A stretch of 64,000 nucleotides of DNA from Myxococcota bacterium (GTDB lineage Bacteria > Myxococcota_A > UBA796 > CAJQPC01): positions 32,001 to 96,000 of the forward strand of contig DASCPX010000127.1 of assembly GCA_036012755.1 (NCBI GenBank). Reading direction: 5' to 3'. Shown here piece after piece: positions 1-10,089 of this stretch (the stretch's first letter is position 1; each line of letters starts with the position of its first letter). Position numbers and translations under genes: made by a program. The notes beneath the pieces were generated by a model. That model worked only from the letters and a program-made list of their open reading frames with translations. It had not been told where the DNA came from and did no database searches.

Positions 1-246
1 ACTGACCACCGCACCAGGGATGTCGACGATGATCGTGAGGCCCTCGTCCATCGTGAAGTGGCTCGCGGATGCGGCGACGGCGGCGGGGACCACGAAGGTC
101 ACCTCGGCGCCGCTGGTGGTCGCATCGACCTGGACGGACTTGATCGCGCCCTCGGGATCCTGCGCCGCCAGCGGGCCAGCCGCGAGCGCCAGGGTGGTGA
201 CGAGTGCCAGGGTCGCGACGCGACCTACGATCTTTCGGATAGTCAT
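1..246 (-). CDS. pilQ: Type IV pilus secretin PilQ, N-terminal part (runs off the window edge)
   Basis: Not in the ORF track. Read by hand from ATG at 246 with AGGAGG upstream: MTIRKIVGRVATLALVTTLALAAGPLAAQDPEGAIKSVQV...LTIIVDIPGA, i.e. signal peptide plus AMIN-like repeat. Follows pilMNOP. Confidence 0.75.
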   Translation of the reverse strand, partial: MTIRKIVGRVATLALVTTLALAAGPLAAQDPEGAIKSVQVDATTSGAEVTFVVPAAVAASASHFTMDEGLTIIVDIPGAVVS

Positions 247-273
247 GGGAACCTCCTGCTGCCTCGGCGAGGC

Positions 274-831
274 CTACTGCTCGACATCATCGAAGGGAAG
301 CTCCATCACGATCTGGTTCGTGACGAGCTCACCGTCGATGGTCTGGTACTCCTCGGTGATGACGACCGAGTCGCTGTTGATCTGGGTGACCTTTCCCCAG
401 TTCTTGCCAATGTACGTGCCAACCTCGATGACGTGCCCTACCTGTGAGGGATCCTGCACCATCGCCCGGGCGTTGGTGATCCCCCACACGATGCCGACCA
501 GCTGGTACTGGTCGACCTCGAAACGCTGGAGGGCTGTCGGCGAGCTGATGGACTCTGGTCCAGCAGTCTTGAAGAACGAGCGGAAGGGGTCTCGCTTTCC
601 GATCGGGTTGTAGGCGTAGGAGACACCGTCATCGATGGGGATGAAGATGTCACCGGACTCCTCCTCCTCCTCGCTGGGCTCTTCCTCGACTTCGGCGACT
701 TCGGTGCCCTTCTTGCCCTTCCGGCCCTTTCGTTCCGTCTTCTCCGTAGCGCCGCCGCCATCGTCGCCGCACGCAACCATGCCGAGGCCCAACAGTCCGA
801 ACACGAGGGGGATCAACAGGAATCGCTTCAT
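274..831 (-). CDS. pilP: Type IV pilus lipoprotein PilP
   Basis: Lipobox MVAC, YNPIGKRDPF motif, LVGIVW...AMVQDP...YIGKNWGKV; position after pilO. Confidence 0.93.
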   Translation of the reverse strand: MKRFLLIPLVFGLLGLGMVACGDDGGGATEKTERKGRKGKKGTEVAEVEEEPSEEEEESGDIFIPIDDGVSYAYNPIGKRDPFRSFFKTAGPESISSPTALQRFEVDQYQLVGIVWGITNARAMVQDPSQVGHVIEVGTYIGKNWGKVTQINSDSVVITEEYQTIDGELVTNQIVMELPFDDVEQ

Positions 832-1484
832 GAACCCTTCTTCCTCTTGTTCGCACTCTTGCCACCCCGGCCGCGCCGGCTTTCCTGGGCGTCGGCGTCA
901 CCGACCTCGGTGTCCGTGAGGAAGCGGAACGTGACGGCCTTGCCCCTGACGAGCAGGTAGACCTTGCCAGCCCGGTCCTCCGGATCGGAGAACTCGATGT
1001 CGCGTACGTACACGATCCGGCCGAGCTTGCTCAGCCGGTCGAAGAACATCGCGACCTCGTGGTAGCTGCCGTAGACCTCGATGGAGACCGGGACCTCGGC
1101 GTAGTACTCGCGCCTGACCTCCGGCAGCGGCTGGAAGGCCCGGATCTCGAGGCCCGCCTTCTTGCCGATGGCGCTGACGCGCTTGAGGAGCTCCGGGATC
1201 TCCCGGTCGTTGGGCAGCTCGCGGAGTGCCTGCTTGAGATCGTTGGTCAGCTGGGCCAGCTCACGCTCGAACTCCTCCCGGTTCTCCGCGCGCGCCTTGA
1301 CCTGCGCCTTCTTGGCGACCAGCTCGGCGTTCTCTGCGTCCAGCGCGAGGGACTCCTCGTGCGCCGGGGTGTAGATCATGAACCAGAAGACCGCGGCGAT
1401 GACCGCGTAGACCAGCACGAACAGCGCGATCCGCTGCGAGCGCGGGAGGGCAGCCAGGCGATCGAGGAGGTCGGAAGCGTGCAT
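828..1484 (-). CDS. pilO: Type IV pilus protein PilO
   Basis: N-terminal TM, coiled coil, LPNDREIPELL and YYAEVPVSIEVYGSYHEV motifs. Confidence 0.93.
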   Translation of the reverse strand: MHASDLLDRLAALPRSQRIALFVLVYAVIAAVFWFMIYTPAHEESLALDAENAELVAKKAQVKARAENREEFERELAQLTNDLKQALRELPNDREIPELLKRVSAIGKKAGLEIRAFQPLPEVRREYYAEVPVSIEVYGSYHEVAMFFDRLSKLGRIVYVRDIEFSDPEDRAGKVYLLVRGKAVTFRFLTDTEVGDADAQESRRGRGGKSANKRKKGS

Positions 1485-2066
1485 CTAGTCCTCCTCCTCG
1501 TCCGTGGTCGCGGGCTTCTTGGCGGAGGGGATGATGGCGCGTGCCGTCACCTGGAACTCCTTGAGCTTGTACCCCTCCTCTTCGACCTGATCGATGCCGA
1601 CCAGGTACACGTCCGTGAACCAGTCGGAGCGCTCCAGGTTCGACAGGAACTGGGAGATGACCTCGTTGGAGACCGCCAGACCGGTGAGGTTGAGCTGCTT
1701 GTTGCTCTCCTTGAGCCCGACCAGCTGCAGCTTCTCCGGCGTGGCGTCGGAGAGCTCGTCGAGCATCCGCACCGGACCCTGCTTGTTGGACTTGAGCTGG
1801 CCGATGACGTCCAGCTTCTTCTGCAGGTCCTGCTTGAGCTTGTCGACCTCGTCGACCCGAGCGACGATGGCCTTGAGGTTGTCGATGTCCTTCTTGAACT
1901 GGGCGTTCTCGGCCTTGAGGTCGGAGACCCGGGCCCCGACGATGACGTAGGCGATGCCGCAGACTACGAGCACCACGGCCATGCCCACGCCGCCGAGGAC
2001 GAGCTCGCGCTTGACCGCGTCCTGCCGCCGTGTGGCTTTGACCGGGAGGAGGTTGACCTTGATCAT
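1485..2066 (-). CDS. pilN: Type IV pilus protein PilN
   Basis: N-terminal IKVNLLP PilM-binding motif, TM, coiled coil. Confidence 0.93.
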   Translation of the reverse strand: MIKVNLLPVKATRRQDAVKRELVLGGVGMAVVLVVCGIAYVIVGARVSDLKAENAQFKKDIDNLKAIVARVDEVDKLKQDLQKKLDVIGQLKSNKQGPVRMLDELSDATPEKLQLVGLKESNKQLNLTGLAVSNEVISQFLSNLERSDWFTDVYLVGIDQVEEEGYKLKEFQVTARAIIPSAKKPATTDEEED

Positions 2067-3136
2067 GAATCGCCGATCCTCCGCATCGCCAAGCCGACCG
2101 CGACGGCCGCCTGGAGCGAGACATCGTGCAGGTAGCGGGGGTTGAAGGCGCGCTCGTCGATCTCGATGCGCCGGAAGGGGTCCATGATCTCGATCGGAGC
2201 CCCGGTCTTCTCAGCGATCGCTCTCGCGAGGCCGGGGGTCTTCGCAGCCCCACCGCTGAGGTAGATGCGCGCGAGAGACACGCCGGGCGTCGCGCTGAGG
2301 TGGAAGTCGAGCGAGCGATGGATCTCGGTCGCGAGGTTGTCCGAGACGTGACTGAGGATGGTCTCGATCTCCTCTGGGATGACCGCGTCCGCGTCGCCCT
2401 CGCTGCCGCCGACCTTGAGCATCTCCGCCTCTTCGTAGGAGATGTTGAGGTTCCGCTGGATCTCTTCGGTGAACTGGCGACCGCCCATGCCCACATCGCG
2501 GGTGAAGGCGGTCACGCCGTTCTGCAGCACGTTGATGTTGACGGTGCTAGCGCCGACGTTGACGAGGCCGACGAGATCCCGTGGCGCGTCGTAGTTCATG
2601 CAGAACATGTTCTCGACCGCGAAGGCGTCCACGTCGATGATGGCTGGCTTGAGCCCTGCTTCCTGGATCAGCGACTGGTACTCGTTGACGAGCTCTTTGC
2701 GGGCCGCGACGAGGAGCACCTCCATCTGGCCCGCCTCGTCTCCCTGCTCGTCGAGGATCTGGAAGGAGATGTTGACGTCGTTGATGTCGAAGGGAATGTA
2801 CTGCTCCGCCTCCCACTGGATGGACTCCTCGAGCTCTTCGAAGGTCATCTGGGGGAGGTTGATGCGCTTGATGATCACCGAGTGGCCCGAGATCGAGACC
2901 GTCGTGTCGCGTGTCTTGATCTTGTGGCGGTCGACGAGCTCGCGGATGGCGTCGACGATGACGTTCGTGTTCATCACCGCCCCATCGACGATGGCTTCGG
3001 GCGGAAGCTTGACCATCCCGAAGGTCTTCAGCCGCCAGCCCCCCGACTTCTTGTCATGGAGCAATTCCATGACTTTCACCGAACTCGATCCGATGTCCAG
3101 TCCGATGGTCTGGGTGCTCCTCGAAAAGAGGCCCAT
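2063..3136 (-). CDS. pilM: Type IV pilus assembly protein PilM
   Basis: IGLDIGSSSVK actin-like fold, WEAEQYIPFDI, LSGGAAK, AVGLAMR. Start moved to ATG 3136, which has GGGAG upstream. Confidence 0.95.
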   Translation of the reverse strand: MGLFSRSTQTIGLDIGSSSVKVMELLHDKKSGGWRLKTFGMVKLPPEAIVDGAVMNTNVIVDAIRELVDRHKIKTRDTTVSISGHSVIIKRINLPQMTFEELEESIQWEAEQYIPFDINDVNISFQILDEQGDEAGQMEVLLVAARKELVNEYQSLIQEAGLKPAIIDVDAFAVENMFCMNYDAPRDLVGLVNVGASTVNINVLQNGVTAFTRDVGMGGRQFTEEIQRNLNISYEEAEMLKVGGSEGDADAVIPEEIETILSHVSDNLATEIHRSLDFHLSATPGVSLARIYLSGGAAKTPGLARAIAEKTGAPIEIMDPFRRIEIDERAFNPRYLHDVSLQAAVAVGLAMRRIGDS

Positions 3137-3199
3137 TTTGTGACTCCCGCTTCTGCTACCTACTGCGTCCAGCGTCGACCCCGACGGGGGCCTCACCGC

Positions 3200-3208
3200 A
3201 TTTTACCA
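3200..3208 (-). promoter_or_regulatory. Candidate extended -10 promoter for pilMNOPQ
   Basis: TG-G-TAAAAT on the minus strand about 65 nt upstream of the pilM ATG. Confidence 0.4.
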
Positions 3209-3449
3209 CGGCTGCGCCGGAAGGTCCCCAAGAGGACCTTGGCGTTCTACCGCATCCGCTACTGCTAATACAGACGTGCCAGTCGGTATCTGTTCCTCCG
3301 ATGGTCTTGACGTGGCAAGCTAGGAATAGCAGAAACCCAGCAATCGCGTCAACATCCACGCGCGCTGGGCGCGCATCCGGGCTTGCAGGCGATTTCGTGG
3401 AATCCTCGTGCAGACGTGCCTGCTTCGGCAGGCGCGCTATCCTCTCGTC

Positions 3450-6401
3450 GTGAGCGTGAACGCCGCACGACTCGCGGGTTCGACGTCCGCGCTGAGCCTC
3501 GGAGTCGCCCTGGGAATCGGGCTTCGGATGGGGCACGACCGCTACGGTGCCGCGCCCTTGGTGCTGGTCTCCGCGATGGGCCTCGTGGCGATGGGGATCG
3601 GCCTGGCAAGGGTGATTCCGGAGTTCGGCCCCTGGGCCCGTCGGGCCGCGCCGTGGCTCGGCGGCGGGGTCCTCGCCCTCACCCTTCAGGCCGACTCGGT
3701 CGCCCTGTGCGCGGTGGGGCCGCTCGCGCTCGGGCTCACCTGGGGATTCGCGGCCCGGTCGAGGCGCCACGCGGCCCTGTCGGTCATCGGCGCTCTCGGC
3801 CTCGTGATGGGATTCGCGCTCCCCGTCTACCTCTTCGTCCTCGCGGCGACGGCGCTGACCGTCCTGGACCTGCGACCCGACGACGACCTCCGACGGCCAC
3901 CGCTGCGACTCGGCGGAGTCCTACCGACGCTGGTCATCGCTGGCGGCGCATTCCTCGTCGTCGGGTGCTGGAACGCAGCGCGCGCTGCGCTCGACCCGAC
4001 CGCCGGCGGCTTGGTGATGGTCTTGCTGGTCGCCGCGGTCGTGGCCGCGGTAGCCGCGCTCGTCCCGACCGCCGCTCGACGCTGGTGCGATCCCACCGGA
4101 CTGGGCCTGGCTTGCCTTGCCGTCCTGGCAGCCCTCGCGGCTCTCCCCTACCGTGCGGAGGTCCACGTCGTCCCCCTCGCCGGTGTCGAGGACCCCCGGC
4201 CCTATCTCCTGGCCCTGCTGGGACTGGCGGGCGTCCCTGGAGGCCTGGCCATCGGTCTGGGCGCTCGGCGGCTGCAGGAGACAGGCGCCTCGCAGACGTT
4301 GATGTGGTTGGCCCTCGCGGCTGGCGCGCTCCTTGGCGTCCACAGCGGACCCGAGACCCGAGACCACGCGCTCGGCATCGCCTGCCTGGCGGGCCTGGCG
4401 ACGATTCTCGTCGCGCGTCAGTGGCTCGCGAAGGCGACGGGAGTCCTCGTGTGGGTTGGCGCCGCCGCGGTGATCCTCGGCCCCCTGCCCTGGCCGGAGA
4501 AGGAGTTCCTGCAGAGCCGCGCATACATCCTTCGGACTTCGGAGGCACCGGAGCTGGAGGCCGCACGCCGCGAGCGGCTGGAGGTAGCAGCCGGCGGCTG
4601 GGGACCCGCCGGCGCGATCTCCGTGGAGACACGGGGCGAGCGCTTCGACAGGCTCTCCATGGACGGCTTCACGGTCTCCTCGGAGGGGCGTGCCGAGGCC
4701 GCGACCCGACTCGCAGGACACCTGGGCCCGGCCCTGTCCTCACGCTCGGAGAGCGCCCTGGTGCTGTCCGACGGCGTCGCCTCCGTGACGCCGGGCCTCA
4801 TCGCCCAGGGCGTGGCCTCGATCACCGTCGCGGTCTCGGACACCGGGGGGCTCCGCGCGCTCCACGAGGTGGCCCCGGAGAGGACGGGCGAGCTCCTCCA
4901 CCCCTCGATCCGCCTGGAGGCCGGGCCTCCAGAGCGCGTCCTCGAGCGCGTGGGCGAGGTCGACGTCCTCGTAGAGGTGAGCCGGACGCCGTGGAGCGAC
5001 GCCTGGCAGGGCTTGCCAGCGGCAGGAGCCCTCGAGCGCCGTCGGGACCGGCTTGCCCCAGGTGGGGTGTACGTCCTCGTCGTGCCGCTGTCGTGGATGA
5101 CCGAGGGCGACCTCCTCGGGCTGTTCGCGGACCTCGTCGAGGTCTTTCCCGACGTGCGGGTCTTCCGATCACCCGAAGGGGCCGACAACGTCCTAGTGGC
5201 TGGCTGGGCCGAGGAGGGAGTGGCGACGTGGGACCGTGTCGTGCAGGCCGCCATGTTCGGCCTCGACGAGCTCATCCTGTTGGACATCCGCTCTCCCCTG
5301 GACCTGGCAGACCGCGCTCTCGCAGGCCGAGAGGCGCTGGCGGAGCTGAGCGCCGGCGCCGCTCGGGAACCGACCTGGCGACTCGGTCCCGTCCTCCACA
5401 CGCGCCCGCAGATGCTGCTGCCGGTCCTTCGCGATCACGTGGAAGGCGGTGACTGGCTCCTCGGAGTCGACGAGGCGACCCTCGAAGAGCTCGAGCTGCG
5501 CGCGGAGACCAACAGCTGCTGGCTCGAGGTCCTCGCCAGCGCCGCCGTCGGCGACTTCCCGGCCATCTTCGAGGGCGGGCGATGCCTGGATCGGCGCAAC
5601 CTCGACCCGCTGGTGGAGCCCCACCTCCAGGCAGCGCGCGAGGCCCTCGATCAGGCCACCATCGAAGGGCCGGGCTCGATGAAATGGCGGGACTGTCTCA
5701 CCCACGTCTCGACGGTGACGATGCTCCACCCGACCTCTGCGGAGGCATGGGCCATCGCGGGACGCTGCCGCCTCGTCGTAGACCGGACGCACGCCCGACG
5801 GGACTTCGAGAGGGCCCTCGAGTACGACCCCGCGCACCTCGACGCGCTGCTCGGACTGGCACTGGCACAGGTGAGAGGTGGCGAGCTCGGCGCCGCCGAA
5901 ACGACCCTCCGCAACGCGACGCGTCACCACAACCTGGAGTGGCGGCCCCACTACCACCTCGGCGCCCTGCTCATCGATCTCGGCCGCTACGACGAGGCCG
6001 AGGACGAGCTGGCTCGCGCCAAGGCCTTCGCCAAGGACGAGTCGTCCTTGCCGCTGGTCGCGCTCGCCCACGTCTACCTGCTCCAGGACCGACCCAACGA
6101 CGCCATCTTCTGGGCCGAGGCAGCCGTCGACCAGGACGAGACCGCGAAGAGCCTCGACATGCTCGGTCGCACCTGGCTCGAGCTGGACCAGGTCCAGGTC
6201 GCGGAGCGCAACTTCCGCAAGGCCATCCTGCAGGACCCCGACTACTGGCCCGCCCACGGCGGCCTGGGCCGCGCGCTGGCGATGCAAGGGGACTACGAGG
6301 GTGCCATCGAGTCCTTCGAGCGGGTCCTGTCACTCGACCCGAGGAACCCCATCGCGCTGGAGTCCCTGGCCAGGGCGAAGGCGATGGCCGAGCAGCCCTA
6401 G
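3450..6401 (+). CDS. Multi-pass membrane protein with spermidine-synthase-like domain and C-terminal TPR repeats
   Basis: Many hydrophobic segments, then WGPAGAISVE...LSMDG...LAGHLG...RLAPGGVYV (fused MFS/spermidine synthase pattern), then several TPRs. Start placed at GTG 3450 (TATCCT-N6-GTG). Confidence 0.7.
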   Translation: MSVNAARLAGSTSALSLGVALGIGLRMGHDRYGAAPLVLVSAMGLVAMGIGLARVIPEFGPWARRAAPWLGGGVLALTLQADSVALCAVGPLALGLTWGFAARSRRHAALSVIGALGLVMGFALPVYLFVLAATALTVLDLRPDDDLRRPPLRLGGVLPTLVIAGGAFLVVGCWNAARAALDPTAGGLVMVLLVAAVVAAVAALVPTAARRWCDPTGLGLACLAVLAALAALPYRAEVHVVPLAGVEDPRPYLLALLGLAGVPGGLAIGLGARRLQETGASQTLMWLALAAGALLGVHSGPETRDHALGIACLAGLATILVARQWLAKATGVLVWVGAAAVILGPLPWPEKEFLQSRAYILRTSEAPELEAARRERLEVAAGGWGPAGAISVETRGERFDRLSMDGFTVSSEGRAEAATRLAGHLGPALSSRSESALVLSDGVASVTPGLIAQGVASITVAVSDTGGLRALHEVAPERTGELLHPSIRLEAGPPERVLERVGEVDVLVEVSRTPWSDAWQGLPAAGALERRRDRLAPGGVYVLVVPLSWMTEGDLLGLFADLVEVFPDVRVFRSPEGADNVLVAGWAEEGVATWDRVVQAAMFGLDELILLDIRSPLDLADRALAGREALAELSAGAAREPTWRLGPVLHTRPQMLLPVLRDHVEGGDWLLGVDEATLEELELRAETNSCWLEVLASAAVGDFPAIFEGGRCLDRRNLDPLVEPHLQAAREALDQATIEGPGSMKWRDCLTHVSTVTMLHPTSAEAWAIAGRCRLVVDRTHARRDFERALEYDPAHLDALLGLALAQVRGGELGAAETTLRNATRHHNLEWRPHYHLGALLIDLGRYDEAEDELARAKAFAKDESSLPLVALAHVYLLQDRPNDAIFWAEAAVDQDETAKSLDMLGRTWLELDQVQVAERNFRKAILQDPDYWPAHGGLGRALAMQGDYEGAIESFERVLSLDPRNPIALESLARAKAMAEQP

Positions 6402-6403
6402 AC

Positions 6404-9400
6404 CTAGAAGACGTCCCGCATACCCAGGGTGATGACCGCACCGAAGGGGTCCGTGGCGCCGGTGAGCTCGCCGATGAGCTCGCTGTCCGAGGCGCCGTAG
6501 TACACGGTACCGGTGTCGGAGATGGTGATGGCGCTGGGGTACCCGTCGATGCTCACGTACTCATCGGTGACGCCGTCACCGTCGAGGTCCGTCGTGCCCT
6601 CGCAGTCCTCGAAGGAGAGGCCGTAGATGCGGCCAGTGCCGCCATCGCAGCGGTCCTCTGCGGGCTCGTAGGTCGAGAAGTACACCGTGCCCGCGTAGAC
6701 CACCGGGTTCCCCGTCAGGCCCTCGCCCGAGCGCAGCTTGTAGTAGCCGTCGTTGCCCTGGCAGTCCAGCGTGGTGGCGACGCTGCAGCTGGACGGCGTC
6801 TCGTCCGTCACCGCGAAGAAGTAGCCGTAGTCGCTGGACTCACGGTCGTAGGGAGAGCCCGTGCCCCAGTAGACACCGAGGCTGCCGTCGGTGTGCCACG
6901 CGGTCGTCGCCGAGTAGTAGACCTCCGGGCGGACGCCCAGATCATCGTTCGGATCGTAGAACTCGCACCACTCCGGATTGTCGGGCTCGCTGATGTCGAT
7001 GATGGCCTTGTACATCCACGTGAAGCCGGGATCGGCGAGGTCGTCCACGCCGTTGTCGCCGTCGCCGTCGACGTCGCCCATGTCCGTCGGTTCGTAGGCC
7101 GTCGTCACCGGGAAGTAGATCACGTCGACATCACCGTCGCTGTTCAAGTCGACCGCTGCCAGGGCGCCGGAGATGTAGGCGTACTCGTAGGTGGCGTCGC
7201 TGTCGACGCCTGACTTCAGCGTGCTCGTGTCGCCCGAGACGCCGCCGTCCTCTGGGTGGCCGTTGCTGCCGTAGTCGTTGTAGTTCACCGCACCGAGCTT
7301 GGTGTCGCCCGAGGTGGCCCAGTGGTCGTCAGCGATGTGCCAGAAGTAGAGGTTGGCCTCTGAGCTCTTGTAGTAATCGGCGTCGGTCGAGTAGGGCACC
7401 GCTCGTCCGCCACCCCAGATGGCGGACCAGGAGTCACCGGGGTTGTTGGTGTCCTCTTGGTTGTAGAGGTTCGCGATGACCGGACGCGAGGTCGTGTAGC
7501 CCATCGCGGCCGGATCGGTCTCGTTGGTCTGCTCCCACAGGTACTCGGGCGCGGTGGGATCAGTGATGTCGAGGGCCAGCGTGACCGGACCACCCTTGCC
7601 CTGCTGCACGACGATCACACGCCGCCACTCGGAGCCATCAGGGGCCTTCTTTCCGTCGCCGTCGTCGTCGATCCAGACGTCCTCGACCACCGGTGAGCCG
7701 TCGAAGAGGAAGGTCCGGCCGTACCACATCATGTCCGTGAGGTTGCCGGCCCAGTCGGCGTTGCTGTGGTCCTCGTACAGGAGGTAGGCGGGAATCCAGG
7801 CCCAGAGCTCCTCGCCAGCCTCGTCGGCGTCTGCCGAGGTGCCGGAGGAGGTGGTCGAGGTGTCGTCGTAGAGCCTGAAGGCATGCAGCATGCCGTCGTT
7901 GGCGGCAATGAACACGACCTGTGGCTGGTCGTCCAGATCCGTCAGGAACGCACGGTAGCTGCTGTCCGCAGTGTAGATGTCGTCACGGTTTCCGGCGATC
8001 ACGGGGATCGAGTGCGGCGAGTCGCCCAGCTTCCACGTCCCGCGCGCCTGGTCGATGTAGCGGTACTCCGAGGTGGGCAGGCCACGCGTGAAGTCCACCA
8101 GCGCCTGCATGTCGTCCTCGTCGACGAGGCCCGCCGAGTCCTTGTCGAGGTTGTAGGCGGAGTCGCTGGTGTCGAAGAAGAGGTCCAGGAAGGTGGTCCC
8201 CAACTTGACCACCGAGTCCGCCATGTCGGCGTCGAAGTCCATGCGCCGCTCGGACTTGCCGTCCGTCTTGAGCGCTGAGGATCCGAGGGACATGGCCTCT
8301 GGGATGAATGTGTAGATGTCCCGCTTGCCGAAGCCGTCCCGGTCCTGCTCGTTGCTCTCTGAGGTGGCGACCGGTCGAGAGACCAGCAGGTCACCGGCGT
8401 CCCACTGGGCCCCGCCGAACTGGGTGTCGCCGTCGTAGACCACCGTGCCGTAGTCCGAAGAGGTCGGGTCGGTGTCGATCTTGTAGGCCCTGACGTGACC
8501 CTCGGCGAGGGGGTTGTCGCCGGAGATCTCGTAGAAGCTGTAGACGATGCGCTCACCGTCGACCGAGAGCGTCGGCGCCGAGCGGCTGTAGTAGCCGCTG
8601 CGGATGTAGCTCATCACCGTGGTGATCCTGCCGAGGATCTCGTCACCGGAGTTGGCGACGGTGTAGATGCCTTCGTTGCTGATCTGGTCGACCGAGTTGC
8701 CGAAGACGGCCTCTGCGATGCTGGAGCCGTCGACCTTGATGGCGATCGTGTGGGTGATGATGTTCTGGTCGCCGTCGAGGTCGGAGCGGTAGTCCCCGTC
8801 ATAGACCTCTGTGACGATGTTGTCGTAGATGCAGTCCGTGTCCGAGCCGGTGGTGATGCCTGTGATCCAGGTGCACTTGATGTCCGGGCTGATGGTCGAG
8901 CCGCCGACGCCACCGTTGTAGTCATCCTTCGGGCGCTGGGCGGTGATGGTGATGATGTGGGTCTCCTGACAGGCCCACTGCACCGGGACGCCGCAGAAGT
9001 CCTCGCCGGTGACGTACGAGGTGGAGGCCCAGGAAGGGCAGGAGTCGGAGGCGTCCTCGCGGTCGATGTAGTCGTTGGCGAGGTCATAGACGACCTCGCC
9101 GAGGTTCCGCGTGTCCGTGCCCGAGCCGGAGACCAGGTCGAGCGCTGCGCTGATCTCCGAGTGTGAGGAGCCCAGGGGTGCGATGGCGACGGGCCAGTTG
9201 TTGCTCGCCCCATCAGAGGTCCCGACGACAGCGAAGTAGGCCCAGTCGTAGTGCTGTGTGAGCTGGTCGATGGCGTCGAGGGCGTCCTCGAGGCAGGTGT
9301 CGGCGGAGCTGGAGGCGCTGTCCCCGCCCGTGTCACCGGAGTCCTCCGCCTCTCCGCAGGCCTCCTCCATCTCGTCGGAGAGATCCAGGACGAAGATGAT

Positions 9401-9550
9401 GTTCGGAGGCGCCGCCTCTGCGTTCGAGAGGAACTCGGAGCCAGCCGAAGACGACGACGCCTGAGCGTGACCCGAGAAGACCAGCGGGATCGCCGCCACC
9501 CCAGCGAGGGACAGGAGGCGAAGCACGGTGTTGTTGCAGGTGTTGTTCAT
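6404..9550 (-). CDS. pilY1: PilY1/PilC-family pilus tip adhesin
   Basis: Signal peptide, vWA-like NIIFVLDLS, KLGDSPHS, AANDGMLHAF, ELWAWIP, DGSPVVEDV, ALDITDP, YWGTG, VYFSTYEP motifs. Start ATG 9550 with GGGAG. Confidence 0.9.
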   Translation of the reverse strand: MNNTCNNTVLRLLSLAGVAAIPLVFSGHAQASSSSAGSEFLSNAEAAPPNIIFVLDLSDEMEEACGEAEDSGDTGGDSASSSADTCLEDALDAIDQLTQHYDWAYFAVVGTSDGASNNWPVAIAPLGSSHSEISAALDLVSGSGTDTRNLGEVVYDLANDYIDREDASDSCPSWASTSYVTGEDFCGVPVQWACQETHIITITAQRPKDDYNGGVGGSTISPDIKCTWITGITTGSDTDCIYDNIVTEVYDGDYRSDLDGDQNIITHTIAIKVDGSSIAEAVFGNSVDQISNEGIYTVANSGDEILGRITTVMSYIRSGYYSRSAPTLSVDGERIVYSFYEISGDNPLAEGHVRAYKIDTDPTSSDYGTVVYDGDTQFGGAQWDAGDLLVSRPVATSESNEQDRDGFGKRDIYTFIPEAMSLGSSALKTDGKSERRMDFDADMADSVVKLGTTFLDLFFDTSDSAYNLDKDSAGLVDEDDMQALVDFTRGLPTSEYRYIDQARGTWKLGDSPHSIPVIAGNRDDIYTADSSYRAFLTDLDDQPQVVFIAANDGMLHAFRLYDDTSTTSSGTSADADEAGEELWAWIPAYLLYEDHSNADWAGNLTDMMWYGRTFLFDGSPVVEDVWIDDDGDGKKAPDGSEWRRVIVVQQGKGGPVTLALDITDPTAPEYLWEQTNETDPAAMGYTTSRPVIANLYNQEDTNNPGDSWSAIWGGGRAVPYSTDADYYKSSEANLYFWHIADDHWATSGDTKLGAVNYNDYGSNGHPEDGGVSGDTSTLKSGVDSDATYEYAYISGALAAVDLNSDGDVDVIYFPVTTAYEPTDMGDVDGDGDNGVDDLADPGFTWMYKAIIDISEPDNPEWCEFYDPNDDLGVRPEVYYSATTAWHTDGSLGVYWGTGSPYDRESSDYGYFFAVTDETPSSCSVATTLDCQGNDGYYKLRSGEGLTGNPVVYAGTVYFSTYEPAEDRCDGGTGRIYGLSFEDCEGTTDLDGDGVTDEYVSIDGYPSAITISDTGTVYYGASDSELIGELTGATDPFGAVITLGMRDVF

Positions 9551-9564
9551 CGTGATCTCCCGAC

Positions 9565-10089
9565 TCATCGGAACTTGCACGGGCCGCTCTCGAGCTTCCT
9601 GTGCGTGGCGACCGACGTCGTGATGGTCTGGTTCTGGTTGGTGCCGCTGCCGTCCACCTGGCGGGCATAGGCCCACATCGCCCAGTAGTCCGAGTGGAAG
9701 CCCTGGTTGCCCTGCTCGGTCGAGTAGCCAGGGGGCGGGTTTCCACACTTCTCGAAGATCGCGTCCACCCAGTAGACGCCCAGGTTCTGGTCGAAGCCGA
9801 TGCCGTCGAACTGGTTGTCGCCCTCGCTCTTCGTCAGCCAGCCAGTGTCAATCTCAGAAGCGGGCATGGTCGAATCGACCGTGAGCTTGAGGCGGGCGTG
9901 GTCCGCGCCGGCGTGAGAGGTCGTGATGAGCATCATGTACTTCTGGTTGTGGTGCGCGATGCGGTGATCGATGCCCGCGGCCGACAGCGTCGATGCTCCG
10001 ATGATGCCGATGATGCCCATCAACAGGAGCGCGACGAGCATGACGTAGCCGCGCCGATCAGAGAGGAGTGGGGACAGTCGCTTGCTCAT
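9565..10089 (-). CDS. pilX: PilX-like minor pilin
   Basis: RRG|YVMLVALLLM prepilin leader lacking Glu5, the PilX hallmark; directly upstream of pilY1. Confidence 0.75.
   Translation of the reverse strand: MSKRLSPLLSDRRGYVMLVALLLMGIIGIIGASTLSAAGIDHRIAHHNQKYMMLITTSHAGADHARLKLTVDSTMPASEIDTGWLTKSEGDNQFDGIGFDQNLGVYWVDAIFEKCGNPPPGYSTEQGNQGFHSDYWAMWAYARQVDGSGTNQNQTITTSVATHRKLESGPCKFR

Noticed and set aside
3263..3281. TGGCACG on the minus strand as a sigma54 promoter for pilM
   Set aside because: The GC lies 13 nt from the GG, not the required 10.
3271..3420. Direct repeat CAGACGTGCC at 3271 and 3411
   Set aside because: Only 10 bp, two copies 140 bp apart, in GC-rich DNA; cannot be told from chance.
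3383..5452. 689-aa Arg/Pro-rich ORF and similar long overlapping ORFs (12556-14448, 17242-18957, 22877-24628, 31043-32737, 61710-63542)
   Set aside because: Shadow ORFs caused by stop-codon scarcity; each overlaps a gene with clear family motifs.
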